DNA of 64,000 nt from Methyloceanibacter sp. (GCA_018067145.1 JAGPVD010000158.1:15850-79849); one strand, 5' to 3'; numbered from the stretch's first letter, positions 20,247-30,558 are shown. Notes: generated by a model from the sequence alone, not told the origin. Made by a program: numbers and translations.

Positions 20247-21140
20247 ATGACCTTCCCCGCAGAGCTTGAACGGATCGCGAGCACTGTCGAGCAACGGCTC
20301 GGCAAGCTTCTTCGCGCTGACCAAGCGACCCCGCCGGGCGCGGCCGAACTCGGCGACGCCATGCGCTATGCGGCCCTTGGTGGCGGCAAGCGCCTGCGCC
20401 CATTTCTCATGATCCAGTCCGCTAGGCTGTTCGGCGTGGAGGAGGACGCGGCGCTCGACGCGGCCTGCGCCCTTGAATGCGTCCACTGCTACTCGCTGGT
20501 GCATGACGACCTTCCCGCCATGGACGATGACGACCTGCGCCGCGGGCGCCCTACCGCGCATATGGCCTTCGATGAGGCGACGGCCATTCTCGCAGGAGAC
20601 GCGCTACTCACCCTGGCCTTTGAGATATTGAGCGCGCCCCAAACTCACGAGGACGCAACCACCCGTGCCGAGCTTGTCCTCATACTCGCCAAAGCCAGCG
20701 GTTGGCACGGCATGGCTCTGGGCCAGGCGCTCGACCTCTCCGCTGTGAATCAAAGCTTTTCGCCTGATGACACCGTGACCATGCAAGCGCTGAAGACCGG
20801 CGCTCTGTTCCGCTTCGCCTGCGAAGGTGGCGCCGTCCTTGGCAGTGCCGACAGCCAAGGACGGGCTGCTCTGGCGGCTTATGCAAATGCGTTCGGTCAA
20901 GCCTTCCAGCTCGCCGACGATCTTCTCGATGCTGAAGGCAACGCGGAATCCGTCGGCAAAGCCGTGGCCAAAGATGCCGAGCGCGGCAAGGCCACGCTCG
21001 TGGCGCTACTCGGGATCGAGGAGGCCAAGGCGCATCTGGCGCGACTGGTGGCGCAAGCGGAAGACGCGCTAGCGCCCTTTGGCGATAAAGCCGCCATGCT
21101 CATCGACGCTGCCCGCTTCATCGCCGAACGGCGCGCTTGA
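20247..21140 (+). CDS. ispA: farnesyl diphosphate synthase (polyprenyl synthetase)
   Basis: GGKRLRP, SLVHDDLPAMDDDDLRRG, KTGALF, FQLADDLLD. Confidence 0.93.
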   Translation: MTFPAELERIASTVEQRLGKLLRADQATPPGAAELGDAMRYAALGGGKRLRPFLMIQSARLFGVEEDAALDAACALECVHCYSLVHDDLPAMDDDDLRRGRPTAHMAFDEATAILAGDALLTLAFEILSAPQTHEDATTRAELVLILAKASGWHGMALGQALDLSAVNQSFSPDDTVTMQALKTGALFRFACEGGAVLGSADSQGRAALAAYANAFGQAFQLADDLLDAEGNAESVGKAVAKDAERGKATLVALLGIEEAKAHLARLVAQAEDALAPFGDKAAMLIDAARFIAERRA

Positions 21141-21865
21141 GGAAAACCACGAATTCGGTTCGAATGCCGCCCATGGTTCAATCACCAGCTCCACACAGGC
21201 ACTTCCGGGACACACGGTTCTCGCACTTCCTCCAGGCGCGCTGGCGGCTTCTCTTCTCAACGATCGTCTGTGCGCTGCTCGTCGTCTTTCTGCCCGACGA
21301 CTACCGGCTGGTTTCGCGATTGCTGATCGGCTGGGATTCCGGCGTCGCTCTCTACCTCATTCTCGTATTCACCATGATCGCCCGCTCGAACCCTGAGCAG
21401 CTACGCGAGCACTCTGCTTTGCAAGACGAGGGCCGACTTGCCATTCCCATGCTGACAGTGATCGCGGCAATGGCGAGCCTCGGCGCGATTGTCTTCTGGC
21501 TGCGCACCTACGCGGAAGGCGGCATCATCGCACCACGCATTCTGGCCCTGCTGTTTCTCACCACGCTGTTCTCGTGGCTGTTCATCCACATCATGTTCGC
21601 GTTGCATTACGCCCATGAATATTACGCGGAGCATCGTGGACAAGGCGGCGGATTGCGCTTTCCCGGCGGCGCCAAGCCGGACTATTGGGACTTCATCTAT
21701 TTCGCCTTCGTCATCGGCACCTCGACGCAGGTGTCTGACGTGTCGATTACCTCGCGCATCATCCGCAGGACCGTGACCGCCCACGGATTGGTCGCCTTCG
21801 TGTTCAATGTCACGATGATCGCCCTGACCGTTTCGATCGCCGGCGATGCCATCTCAATGAAATAG
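21137..21865 (+). CDS. DUF1345 membrane protein (start uncertain, 21137-21172)
   Basis: FALHYAHEYY, LRFPG..PDYWDFIYFAF, QVSDV. Confidence 0.85.
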   Translation: MRKTTNSVRMPPMVQSPAPHRHFRDTRFSHFLQARWRLLFSTIVCALLVVFLPDDYRLVSRLLIGWDSGVALYLILVFTMIARSNPEQLREHSALQDEGRLAIPMLTVIAAMASLGAIVFWLRTYAEGGIIAPRILALLFLTTLFSWLFIHIMFALHYAHEYYAEHRGQGGGLRFPGGAKPDYWDFIYFAFVIGTSTQVSDVSITSRIIRRTVTAHGLVAFVFNVTMIALTVSIAGDAISMK

Positions 21866-21883
21866 CTTCCAGGACTTGAGCGT

Positions 21884-23128
21884 CTATTCCGCCGCACTGC
21901 GGCCGATAGCGGCCTGCCCGTAACGCTGCTCGATATAGTCGAGCACCATCTGCTTGAACGCAGCCGAGGCGCCCGGGCCTTTCAAGGTCGTGACCTTCTT
22001 GCCGTCGATGAACACAGGCGCGGCTGGTGACTCGCCCGTGCCAGGCAGCGAGATGCCGATATCGGCGTGCTTCGACTCGCCTGGCCCGTTGACGATGCAG
22101 CCCATCACCGCGACGTTCAGCGTCTCGACGCCCGGATAGCGGCGTTTCCAATCCGGCATCTGGTCGCGGATGAAATCTTGGATGTCGTGGGCAAGCGACT
22201 GGAACGTGGTGGACGTGGTGCGCCCGCAACCAGGACACGCCGCCACCAGAGGCACGAAGGCGCGAAAGCCCATGCTCTGGAGCAGTTCTTGCGCCACCGT
22301 GACTTCCACCGAGCGGTCGCCATCGGGCTCCGGCGTGAGCGAGATGCGGATGGTGTCACCGATACCTTGCTGGAGCAGCACGGACAGCGCCGCGGACGAG
22401 GCGACGATGCCTTTTGAGCCCATGCCCGCCTCGGTCAGCCCAAGATGCAGCGCCAAGTTTGAGCGCGAAGCCAGCATGGCGTAGACAGCGATGAGGTCTT
22501 GCACCGCCGACACCTTGGCCGAGAGCACGATTTTGTCGGCGCCCATGCCGAGCTCCATGGCGCGCTCGGCGCTGATGATGGCCGACTGCACGATGGCCTC
22601 ATGCATCACTTCGCGCGCATCCTTCGGATCGGAACTGGCCGAGTTCTCGTCCATCAGACGCGTGAGCAAATCCTGATCGAGACTTCCCCAGTTAACGCCG
22701 ATGCGCACCGGCTTGTCGTGCTGAAGCGCGATATCGATGATCTGGGAGAACTGCTTGTCGCGCTTATCCTTGAAGCCGACATTGCCGGGATTGATGCGGT
22801 ATTTGGCGAGCGCCGCGGCGCAGTCGGGATACTCGGCCAGCAGCGTGTGGCCGTTGTAGTGAAAGTCGCCGATCAGCGGCACGTCGGTGCCGAGCTCATT
22901 GAGGCGCTCTACGATCTCCGGCACCACGGCTGCGGACTCAGGCCTATCCACGGTGATGCGCACAAGCTCAGAGCCCGCGCGTGCCAGTGCCGCCACTTGC
23001 GTGACCGTGGACTCCACATCCGCCGTGTCGGTGTTGGTCATGGACTGGACGACGATGGGGGCGTCGCCGCCCAACGTCACGCCGCCAATTTTGACCGGAA
23101 TTGTGCGCCTGCGCGCTTTGATCTCCAT
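21884..23128 (-). CDS. ispG: 4-hydroxy-3-methylbut-2-en-1-yl diphosphate synthase
   Basis: [39 protein letters not shown]. Confidence 0.96.
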   Translation of the reverse strand: MEIKARRRTIPVKIGGVTLGGDAPIVVQSMTNTDTADVESTVTQVAALARAGSELVRITVDRPESAAVVPEIVERLNELGTDVPLIGDFHYNGHTLLAEYPDCAAALAKYRINPGNVGFKDKRDKQFSQIIDIALQHDKPVRIGVNWGSLDQDLLTRLMDENSASSDPKDAREVMHEAIVQSAIISAERAMELGMGADKIVLSAKVSAVQDLIAVYAMLASRSNLALHLGLTEAGMGSKGIVASSAALSVLLQQGIGDTIRISLTPEPDGDRSVEVTVAQELLQSMGFRAFVPLVAACPGCGRTTSTTFQSLAHDIQDFIRDQMPDWKRRYPGVETLNVAVMGCIVNGPGESKHADIGISLPGTGESPAAPVFIDGKKVTTLKGPGASAAFKQMVLDYIEQRYGQAAIGRSAAE

Positions 23129-23176
23129 GGGCCTAGGATACATCACATTCGTGGAGCCCGCGCTACCGCTCGGGCC

Positions 23177-23530
23177 TCAAGCTTTCCGCCATTTCTTGCG
23201 TAGCGTCAGCCCCAGATCGAAGAGAAGCGCCGCCACTGACACTCCTGAGGCTGCGCTGAGCGCCGTGGCGAGGTCAGGCGTGCGGTCCGGCGTCATGGCT
23301 TGGGCCACTTCCAGCAGCACCGCGAAGGGCACCAGCACCGCTGCCACCATCATGGGCCGGGGCCAAGCGAGACAGAGCAGCGTGGTGAGTGCGAAATAGA
23401 CGAGGAAATGCTCCACCAGCCAATGCAGCCCGAGCCGCATCTGCCACCCCACCGGCGCCAGTGACGCAAACAGGATGGCCGCGACGACAGCCGCGCTGAG
23501 CAGAAGGAACCATTTTCGATTGGCAGGCAC
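23177..23530 (-). CDS. VanZ-like small membrane protein
   Basis: 4 hydrophobic segments, with VEHFLVYF and LEVAQ..PDR motifs. Confidence 0.6.
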   Translation of the reverse strand: MPANRKWFLLLSAAVVAAILFASLAPVGWQMRLGLHWLVEHFLVYFALTTLLCLAWPRPMMVAAVLVPFAVLLEVAQAMTPDRTPDLATALSAASGVSVAALLFDLGLTLRKKWRKA

Positions 23531-23538
23531 CGGCCCTC

Positions 23539-24480
23539 CTATGAGGAGAGCGCCGCGCTGAGCGCCCCAATATTGTGACGGAACATGCCGAGATAGGTTG
23601 GCGCCGGTCCGTCAGCCTTAGACAGCGCATCGGAATAGAGCACGCCGCCAATCTTTGCGCCGGTCTCCCGCGCAATCTGGTCGAGCAGCCGCCGGTCGGT
23701 GACGTTTTCCAAGAACACTGCCGGGATCTGCTCTTCCCTGATTTGGCGAATGATCATGGCCACGTCCTGCGCCGAGGCCTCGCTTTCGGTGCTCACGCCT
23801 TCGGGCGAGATGACCTCAAGCCCATACGCATCGGCGAGATAGCCGAAGGCGTCATGGGACGTGATGATGCGCCGGCGTTCCGGAGGCAGCTTAGCGATGG
23901 CGACCTTGACCGCAGCCTCTTCGGCGTCGATGGCGGCGAGATATTTCGTAGCGTTCGCTACGTATTCCGCTTTTCCTGCGGGGTCGGCGGTAATCAGCCC
24001 ATCACGAATATTGGCCACATAGATTTTGCCGTTGGCGAGACTCTGCCACGCATGAGGGTCGGGTACCTCATCGCCACCCTCGTCGTGATCGTCACCATGG
24101 TCGTCGTGGTGATGGCCGTCTTCCTCGCCCATGGTCAGCGGCGTGACGCCTTTGCTCGCTACCACGACCTCGCCCTTAAAGCCTGAGGATTTTTCCAGCC
24201 GCTCCATCCAGCCCTCGAAGCCGAGACCGTTGACGAAGAAGATGTCGGCGCTCGCCAGCAACTTGGCGATTGCGGGCGTTGGGTTAAACACATGGGCATC
24301 GCCGTTCGGTCCCACTAGCGTCGTGACCTCCACCCGGTCGCCGCCGACTTGTTTCACCATGTCGCCGAGCACGCTGAACGAAGCGACTGCCTTGAGTTTG
24401 TTGTCGGCGGACGCCGCGCCAGACAGACCAAACAAGACGGCAAGCGATAAAGCTAGGGAGTAGGTGAGGTGACGTCTCAT
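23539..24480 (-). CDS. zinc/manganese ABC transporter substrate-binding protein (AztC/ZnuA-like)
   Basis: Signal peptide, DAHVFNP, His/Asp-rich loop, DPHAWQ, SHDAFGY, LYSDAL. Confidence 0.9.
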   Translation of the reverse strand: MRRHLTYSLALSLAVLFGLSGAASADNKLKAVASFSVLGDMVKQVGGDRVEVTTLVGPNGDAHVFNPTPAIAKLLASADIFFVNGLGFEGWMERLEKSSGFKGEVVVASKGVTPLTMGEEDGHHHDDHGDDHDEGGDEVPDPHAWQSLANGKIYVANIRDGLITADPAGKAEYVANATKYLAAIDAEEAAVKVAIAKLPPERRRIITSHDAFGYLADAYGLEVISPEGVSTESEASAQDVAMIIRQIREEQIPAVFLENVTDRRLLDQIARETGAKIGGVLYSDALSKADGPAPTYLGMFRHNIGALSAALSS

Positions 24481-24505
24481 AACGCAAAACTCCTAGGACA
24501 GAGGG

Positions 24506-25372
24506 TCAGGCTTCCAGATGCTTGCGCGGCATGAGTCCCCAGATGACGCCGCCTTTGACGCCCACAAGCATGGATAGGAAATAGAACGCGCCGCAGCACA
24601 GAATGACGGCGGGCCCCGTGGGCACGTCCGCATGGTACGACAGCAACAAGCCGGTGAAGCTCGCCACGAAGGCGGCGCCGACCGCGACGCCGATCATCCC
24701 CGCCACGTCCTCTGCCCAGAAGCGCGCGGCCACGGCGGGCAGCAACATGATGCCGACAGCCATCAACGTGCCGAGCGCCTGGAACCCAGCCACCAGATTG
24801 AGCACCACCAGCACGAGGAACAGAAGATGCGTCGTGGAGCTCAACGGGCTCACCGAGCGCAGGAATTGAGGATCAAAGCACTCAAGCACCAGCGGCCGGT
24901 AGATCACCGCAAGCGCGGTCAACGACACCGTAGCGATGGCGGCGATGAGAATGAGCGCCGCGTCATCGAGCGCCAGCACCGTGCCGAACAGCATATGCAG
25001 AAGATCGACATTGCTGCCGCGCACGGAAATCAGCATCACGCCGAGCGCCAGCGACACGAGATAGAAGCCGGCGAGACTGGCGTCTTCGCGCAACACCGTG
25101 GAGCGGGCAACGAGACCGGCGGCCAGCGCCACCGCGAGCCCGGCAGCGAAGCCCCCGAGACTCATGGCGAATAGAGACAGCCCGGCGAGCAGATAACCGA
25201 TCGCCGCGCCCGGCAGAATGGCATGACCCATGGCGTCGCCCATGAGGCTCATGCGCCTTAGCACGAGGAACACACCGATGGGTGGTGCCGTCATCGAGAT
25301 GATGAGGCAGCCGACCAGCGCCCGGCGCATGAAGGCGAACTCGATGAAGGGCTGGAACAGAGCGTCGATCAT
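24506..25372 (-). CDS. metal ABC transporter permease (AztB/ZnuB-like)
   Basis: FMRRAL, LRRMSLMGDAMGHAILPG, VDLLHMLFG. Confidence 0.9.
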   Translation of the reverse strand: MIDALFQPFIEFAFMRRALVGCLIISMTAPPIGVFLVLRRMSLMGDAMGHAILPGAAIGYLLAGLSLFAMSLGGFAAGLAVALAAGLVARSTVLREDASLAGFYLVSLALGVMLISVRGSNVDLLHMLFGTVLALDDAALILIAAIATVSLTALAVIYRPLVLECFDPQFLRSVSPLSSTTHLLFLVLVVLNLVAGFQALGTLMAVGIMLLPAVAARFWAEDVAGMIGVAVGAAFVASFTGLLLSYHADVPTGPAVILCCGAFYFLSMLVGVKGGVIWGLMPRKHLEA

Positions 25373-26148
25373 GCGATCTCGCGCTCCGCTTCTTCGTCGC
25401 GCTCGCAAATATGGGCGTGCGCGTCGAAGGCTTCAGTGAGTTGGCGCGACTTAGCGAGACTGGCCGGGGTAAGAACTTTTTTCGTATCTCCCCAAGCCAC
25501 CACTTCTCGCGCCAGGAGTAAGACTTTCGGAAAATGCGCACGCACTTGGTCGATGTCGTGAAGCGCCGCGAGCACGGTGCGGCCCTCGCCATGCCAGCGC
25601 TCGATGAGCGTGACCAGCTCTTCGACGGTCTTGGTGTCGATGGCGCGGAACGGCTCGTCCAGCAGGATCACCGAAGCGTCCTGCAACAAAAGCCGCGCGA
25701 ACAGCACGCGCTGGAATTGCCCGCCCGACAGCGAGCCCACCGGGCGGTTGGCGAGCGCCGCCAGCCCCACCGTCTCAAGTGCCTGCACCACTTCTTCACG
25801 CCCGCGGCGCCCAAGCCCGCGCCATGCGCCGATCTTGCGCCACAGGCCCATGGCCACGCAGTCGAATACAGAGATGGGAAAGCTGCGATCGATCTCGATG
25901 ACTTGCGGCAGATAGGCGATGTCGCGCTTGGTGAGCCCGTGGAGATCTAGACTGCCGCTCAAAGGCTTCAGCTCGCCGACAATGGCTTTGAGCAGCGTCG
26001 ACTTGCCGGCGCCGTTGGGGCCAACAATCGCCAACAGATCGCCGCGCGCGATGTCGCCGGTAATGTGATGCACGGCGGGGTGCCGGTCATAGCCAAGCGT
26101 CAGGTCGTGAAAACTGATGGCGGGCGCGGACGCCTTAGCCGCCCTCAT
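25369..26148 (-). CDS. metal ABC transporter ATP-binding protein (AztA/ZnuC-like)
   Basis: GYDRHPAVHH, GPNGAGKST, LSGGQFQR, LLDEPF. Start at ATG 26148. Confidence 0.9.
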   Translation of the reverse strand: MRAAKASAPAISFHDLTLGYDRHPAVHHITGDIARGDLLAIVGPNGAGKSTLLKAIVGELKPLSGSLDLHGLTKRDIAYLPQVIEIDRSFPISVFDCVAMGLWRKIGAWRGLGRRGREEVVQALETVGLAALANRPVGSLSGGQFQRVLFARLLLQDASVILLDEPFRAIDTKTVEELVTLIERWHGEGRTVLAALHDIDQVRAHFPKVLLLAREVVAWGDTKKVLTPASLAKSRQLTEAFDAHAHICERDEEAEREIA

Positions 26149-26291
26149 GTGATGGCCCAGAACACGGCAAGCCAGAGCAGGCCGACGACCACGCCCACCA
26201 TGGCGAGCCGCGCCGGCACCGACACCCGAAACAGCGAAAGCCGGTTCCCGGGCGCTCCCGTGGCCGGCGAAATTATGGATGATTGATCCAT
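26145..26291 (-). CDS. 48-aa single-TM microprotein (not in the ORF track)
   Basis: MDQSSIISPATGAPGNRLSLFRVSVPARLAMVGVVVGLLWLAVFWAIT. Starts 5 nt after the zur stop, and its TGA overlaps the ATPase ATG (ATGA). Confidence 0.7.
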   Translation of the reverse strand: MDQSSIISPATGAPGNRLSLFRVSVPARLAMVGVVVGLLWLAVFWAIT

Positions 26292-26296
26292 GCGGG

Positions 26297-26716
26297 CTAG
26301 GCCGTTTCAGCCGGGCGGCATGCGATGCAGAGACCGGCAATCTCAAGCGTCACCTTCTCCGGCGAAATCTCGTCCGGGGCCAACCCCAGCAGCCCCGCCT
26401 GATCGTCGTCGCTGAGTGGGATCTCGACCACCTTGTCGCAACGCCGGCAGATGGCGAAGGCGAACTTGCCGTCGCAGGCGCCATGATCGCAGGCCACAAA
26501 GGCCGAGCGGGACTGGAGCCGATGCACCATCCCCTTTTGCATCAGGTCGTTCAACGCCCGGTAGACCGTCGGCGGATGGGAAATGCCCGCCGTGCGCACC
26601 CGGTCGAGGATCGCATAGGCGCTCATGGGCTCCTTGGCCTGGCGCAGGCAGGTGAGGATTTCCCCCTGATTGTACGACAATTTCGGGTCCGGATGATGAT
26701 GGTGAGCGGCGTTCAT
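26297..26716 (-). CDS. zur: Fur-family regulator, probably Zur
   Basis: SAY.ILD, PPTVYRAL, VHRLQS..AFVAC, CxxC...CxxC. Heads the zinc ABC operon. Confidence 0.85.
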   Translation of the reverse strand: MNAAHHHHPDPKLSYNQGEILTCLRQAKEPMSAYAILDRVRTAGISHPPTVYRALNDLMQKGMVHRLQSRSAFVACDHGACDGKFAFAICRRCDKVVEIPLSDDDQAGLLGLAPDEISPEKVTLEIAGLCIACRPAETA

Positions 26717-26718
26717 GC

Positions 26719-26736
26719 GTGATGATATAACATAAC
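26719..26736. promoter_or_regulatory. Zur box
   Basis: Imperfect palindrome GTGATGATATAACATAAC (minus strand GTTATGTTATATCATCAC) immediately before the zur ATG. Confidence 0.75.
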
Positions 26737-26964
26737 AACTATGACCCTCTCAAAGCCCTCACACAGGGATTTCCTTGAAATCTTGGATACCGACCAGACC
26801 CGTTGAGCCGACAGCCGCCCTCGGACATTTGACAAGCTTGACGAGGCGGGCGCGATCCAGAGGCCCCTATGCGCCGGACCCAAACCTGAGATACTCTAAG
26901 TTCAAGCTACTTGAGTCGTCGTGCCCTACAGTGACCCATCAAGCTGGCAGCTGGGGGACGCAGA

Positions 26965-28341
26965 ATGCCTGAACTCGATCCGCTTCTTCTGTCGCGAATC
27001 CAGTTCGCCTTCACAATCTCCTTTCACATCATCTTCCCGTCTTTCACCATCGGCCTGGCCGCATGGCTCATGGTACTCGAAGGGCTGTGGATTAAGACCG
27101 GCAAGCAGATCTATGCCGATATTTCCCGCCACTGGATCAAGATTTTCGCCGTGTCGTTCGGCATGGGCGTGGTCTCCGGCGTGGTCATGTCTTATGAGTT
27201 CGGCACCAATTGGAGCGAGCTTTCACGCCTCGGCGGTAATGTCATCGGCCCGCTCCTCGCCTACGAAGTGCTGACGGCCTTCTTCCTCGAGGCAGGCTTC
27301 CTCGGCATCATGCTGTTCGGCCGGGACCGCGTGCCGAAATGGGTGCATTTCTTCGCCACCTGCATGGTGGCACTCGGCACCACTATCTCGGCGTTCTGGA
27401 TTATCTCCGCCAATAGCTGGATGCAGACGCCGCAGGGCTACCGCGTCGCCGATGACGGCGTTCTGCATGTGACGGACTGGGCGAAGGTCATCTTCAACCC
27501 GTCCTTCCCCTACCGCCTGACCCACATGGTGTCAGCCGCTTACCTCACCACGGCATTCGTCGTGTCGGGCATTGGCGCCTGGTACATCTTGCGGGACCGC
27601 AGCCTGCCCCATGGGCGCATCATGCTGGGCATGGGCTTAAGCCTCATCGTATGGCTGGCGCCGCTGCAACTGATCATCGGCGATCTGCATGGGTTGAATG
27701 CGCGGGAGTATCAGCCGGCGAAGATCGCCGCGGTCGAGGCCCATTGGGAGACGCGACGCGACGCGCCGCTCGTCCTATTCGCTTGGCCTGACACCAAGAC
27801 CGAGAGCAATCTCTACGAGATCGCCATTCCCAATCTGGGCAGCCTTATCCTCACCCATGAATGGGACGGCGAGGTGCGCGGCTTGAAATCCTTTCCGCCC
27901 GACGAACGGCCCGATCCTGTCATTCCCTTCTTCTCCTTCCGCATCATGGTCGGCATTGGCTTCATCATGATCGGACTTGGGGTTACCGGCGCGGTGCTGT
28001 GGCTCAGGGGGCGGCTCTACACGACGCGCTGGTTCTTGCGCGCCATGGTCATGGCCTCGCCGCTCGGTTTCATCGCCGTGCTCGCCGGGTGGTTCGTGGC
28101 CGAGGTCGGACGCCAGCCCTGGGTTGTTTATGGCGTGTTGCGCACCGCCGACGCCGTATCGCCGGTTCCGGGCGGCAGCGTGCTCGCCTCTATTGCGCTG
28201 TTCGTCGTCGTCTACGGCATCGTGTTTGGCGCCGGCGTTTATTACATGGGCAAACTCGTGGCCCACGGTCCCGACGAGACACCACCGGAGCCGGGAGCAG
28301 ATACGTCCCACCGGCCCATGGCAGCGGCAGGAAGACCATGA
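26965..28341 (+). CDS. cydA: cytochrome bd (CIO-type) ubiquinol oxidase subunit I
   Basis: SRIQFAFT..FHIIFP, EFGTNW, ANSWMQTP, QPAKIAAVE, EVGRQPW. Short Q-loop. Confidence 0.95.
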   Translation: MPELDPLLLSRIQFAFTISFHIIFPSFTIGLAAWLMVLEGLWIKTGKQIYADISRHWIKIFAVSFGMGVVSGVVMSYEFGTNWSELSRLGGNVIGPLLAYEVLTAFFLEAGFLGIMLFGRDRVPKWVHFFATCMVALGTTISAFWIISANSWMQTPQGYRVADDGVLHVTDWAKVIFNPSFPYRLTHMVSAAYLTTAFVVSGIGAWYILRDRSLPHGRIMLGMGLSLIVWLAPLQLIIGDLHGLNAREYQPAKIAAVEAHWETRRDAPLVLFAWPDTKTESNLYEIAIPNLGSLILTHEWDGEVRGLKSFPPDERPDPVIPFFSFRIMVGIGFIMIGLGVTGAVLWLRGRLYTTRWFLRAMVMASPLGFIAVLAGWFVAEVGRQPWVVYGVLRTADAVSPVPGGSVLASIALFVVVYGIVFGAGVYYMGKLVAHGPDETPPEPGADTSHRPMAAAGRP

Positions 28342-29372
28342 CAGCCACAGCCGTTGAAATGAGCCAAGTGCTCCCCATTCTCCTTCCCCTCATCTGGGCC
28401 GGAATTTTGGCGCTCGCCGTGTTCCTATACGTGCTGCTTGGCGGCTACGACCTCGGGCTCGGCGTGTTGTTTCCGCTGGCCCCGTCCCATCGCGACCGGG
28501 ACGCCATGATGGCCTCCGTGGCGCCGTTCTGGGACGGCAACGAGACCTGGCTGGTGCTTGGCGGCGGCGGTCTGCTCGCGGCCTTCCCGTTGGCCTATTC
28601 GGTGATGCTGCCCGCGCTCTATATCCCGATCATTCTCATGCTCTTGGGGCTGATCTTGCGCGGCGTCGCTTTCGAGTTCCGCTTCAAGTCGACCCGTTCC
28701 CGCTGGGCGTGGGACCTCGCATTCTCCGGCGGCTCGACCATCGCCGCCCTCACCCAAGGCGCAACCATCGGCGCGTTTGTGGAAGGCTTCGCTGTCACCG
28801 ACAGTCAATTCTCCGGCGGGGCGTTTGACTGGCTGACCCCCTTCTCCGCGGTCACGGCGATAGCCGTTCTATCGGGCTATGTGTTGTTGTCGGCAGGCTG
28901 GCTCATCATGAAAGCCGACGATGCGCTGCGCGAATGGGCCTATGGCGTGGCGCGTTACGCGCTCATCGCCGTCGCGTTCTTCATCGCCGCATTCAGCCTG
29001 TGGACGCCGTTCCAGCATCCCGACATTGCCGCGCGCTGGTTCACGCCGGGCAATCTGGTGATGTTCGGCGCCATCCCGCTTCTCACACTGGCCTCCCTCG
29101 CCGGCTTATGGCGCGGGATCGACAAGCGCCAGCGCTATGCGCCGTTCTTGTGGGGCGCCGCCCTGTTCTTGCTTTGCTATATGGGCCTGGCGGTCAGCCT
29201 GTTCCCATTCATCATCCCGCCGGACATCACGATTTGGCAGGCTGCCGCCGCACCGGAATCACAGCTCTTTATGTTGTATGGCGCCGTCCCGCTGCTGCCT
29301 CTGATCCTCGGCTACACGGCCTATTCCTATTACGTGCTGTGGGAAACGCCCGGCGAAGACGCCTATCACTAG
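28338..29372 (+). CDS. cydB: cytochrome bd ubiquinol oxidase subunit II
   Basis: GYDLGLG, PFWDGNETW, RGVAFEFR. ATGA overlap with cydA. Confidence 0.93.
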   Translation: MTATAVEMSQVLPILLPLIWAGILALAVFLYVLLGGYDLGLGVLFPLAPSHRDRDAMMASVAPFWDGNETWLVLGGGGLLAAFPLAYSVMLPALYIPIILMLLGLILRGVAFEFRFKSTRSRWAWDLAFSGGSTIAALTQGATIGAFVEGFAVTDSQFSGGAFDWLTPFSAVTAIAVLSGYVLLSAGWLIMKADDALREWAYGVARYALIAVAFFIAAFSLWTPFQHPDIAARWFTPGNLVMFGAIPLLTLASLAGLWRGIDKRQRYAPFLWGAALFLLCYMGLAVSLFPFIIPPDITIWQAAAAPESQLFMLYGAVPLLPLILGYTAYSYYVLWETPGEDAYH

Positions 29373-29382
29373 GCCGCTTGCC

Positions 29383-30558
29383 TCACCACTTGCCGCTGAG
29401 GTCTTTCTGCTGAAGCCGCCGCTTGAGCAGCATGATCTTGCCGTAGGACTGTTCGATGCGCTCACGCGAAACGCGTCCGTCGCACACAGCTTTCGCGATG
29501 GCCGTATGCACCTTCACACCAAGCTCGTGATCGCTCGACTGCACATTTGAGAATACAACGATATCCGTGCCGGTTCTGATCGCCCTGACGGCGCGCTCGT
29601 CGATTGTGAACTTGCCCCGCACCGCGCCCATTTCCATGTCGTCGCTGATGATGACGCCGTTAAAATCGATCCAGGTCTTCGTCCGCAGCGCTCGAATGGC
29701 CTTGGCCGACAACGAGGCCGGCAGCTTCTCCATGTCGCTGAAACGCGGGTGGTAGAGATGCCCGACCATCACCGCATCCAGCAGGCCATCCTTGGCAAGG
29801 CGGCGGTAAGGCTCAAGCTCCACCTCGCGCCAGGTCTTGGAGACATCCGCTAAGGCCTTGTGGCTATCCACCCGGCTCGAGCCATGACCCGGGAAATGCT
29901 TGGCAACAGTGAGAACATTCGCCGCGCGATGCGCCTTGATGAAGGCCGTGGCCAGCGCCGTGACCGTGTCTGGATCATTGCTGAAGCTTCGCCCACGCGC
30001 GCCGATCACCGGGTTACGCGGGTTGGTATTGAGATCGACCACCGGGCCGAGATTCATGTTGAAGCCGGCCTCGGCAAGTTCGGCCGCCATCTTGGCGTAA
30101 AGCTTTTGGGCCGCCTCGGGCGAGGCGTAGCTCGGATTGCGGGCGACGCGCTGGGCCGATGGAAAATTGCTGTGTCCGTTCCAGCGATTGAGCCGCTGCA
30201 CCTTGCCGCCTTCCTGGTCCACGGCGATGAACGGCATTGGCATGGAGCGCGCGTTGCGCAAATAAGCGATAAGATTTTTGAGCCTCTTCGGCGAGGCGAT
30301 GTTCTCGGGAAACAGCACGACGCCGCCTATCAAGCCTTTCGCCAACTGATCGCGCACGGCAATAACGCCGGGATCCTTCTCGCCGTCGCCGGGAAAGCCC
30401 ACCATGATCATCTGCCCGATTTTGGGGTCGAGCTCGGGCGTGGCGCAGGATGGCGCTGACAACGATGCCGCGCGCGGCGTACCGCCTGCGACGCATAGGA
30501 CGAGGGCAGCAGCGAGCAAGGCCGTAAGCGGCCAGCGAAAAAGAAATTGAGAAAACAT
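29383..30558 (-). CDS. exported glycoside hydrolase family 3 (beta-N-acetylhexosaminidase, NagZ-like)
   Basis: Signal peptide, IAVDQEGG, KHFPGHG, ISDDMEM. Confidence 0.88.
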   Translation of the reverse strand: MFSQFLFRWPLTALLAAALVLCVAGGTPRAASLSAPSCATPELDPKIGQMIMVGFPGDGEKDPGVIAVRDQLAKGLIGGVVLFPENIASPKRLKNLIAYLRNARSMPMPFIAVDQEGGKVQRLNRWNGHSNFPSAQRVARNPSYASPEAAQKLYAKMAAELAEAGFNMNLGPVVDLNTNPRNPVIGARGRSFSNDPDTVTALATAFIKAHRAANVLTVAKHFPGHGSSRVDSHKALADVSKTWREVELEPYRRLAKDGLLDAVMVGHLYHPRFSDMEKLPASLSAKAIRALRTKTWIDFNGVIISDDMEMGAVRGKFTIDERAVRAIRTGTDIVVFSNVQSSDHELGVKVHTAIAKAVCDGRVSRERIEQSYGKIMLLKRRLQQKDLSGKW

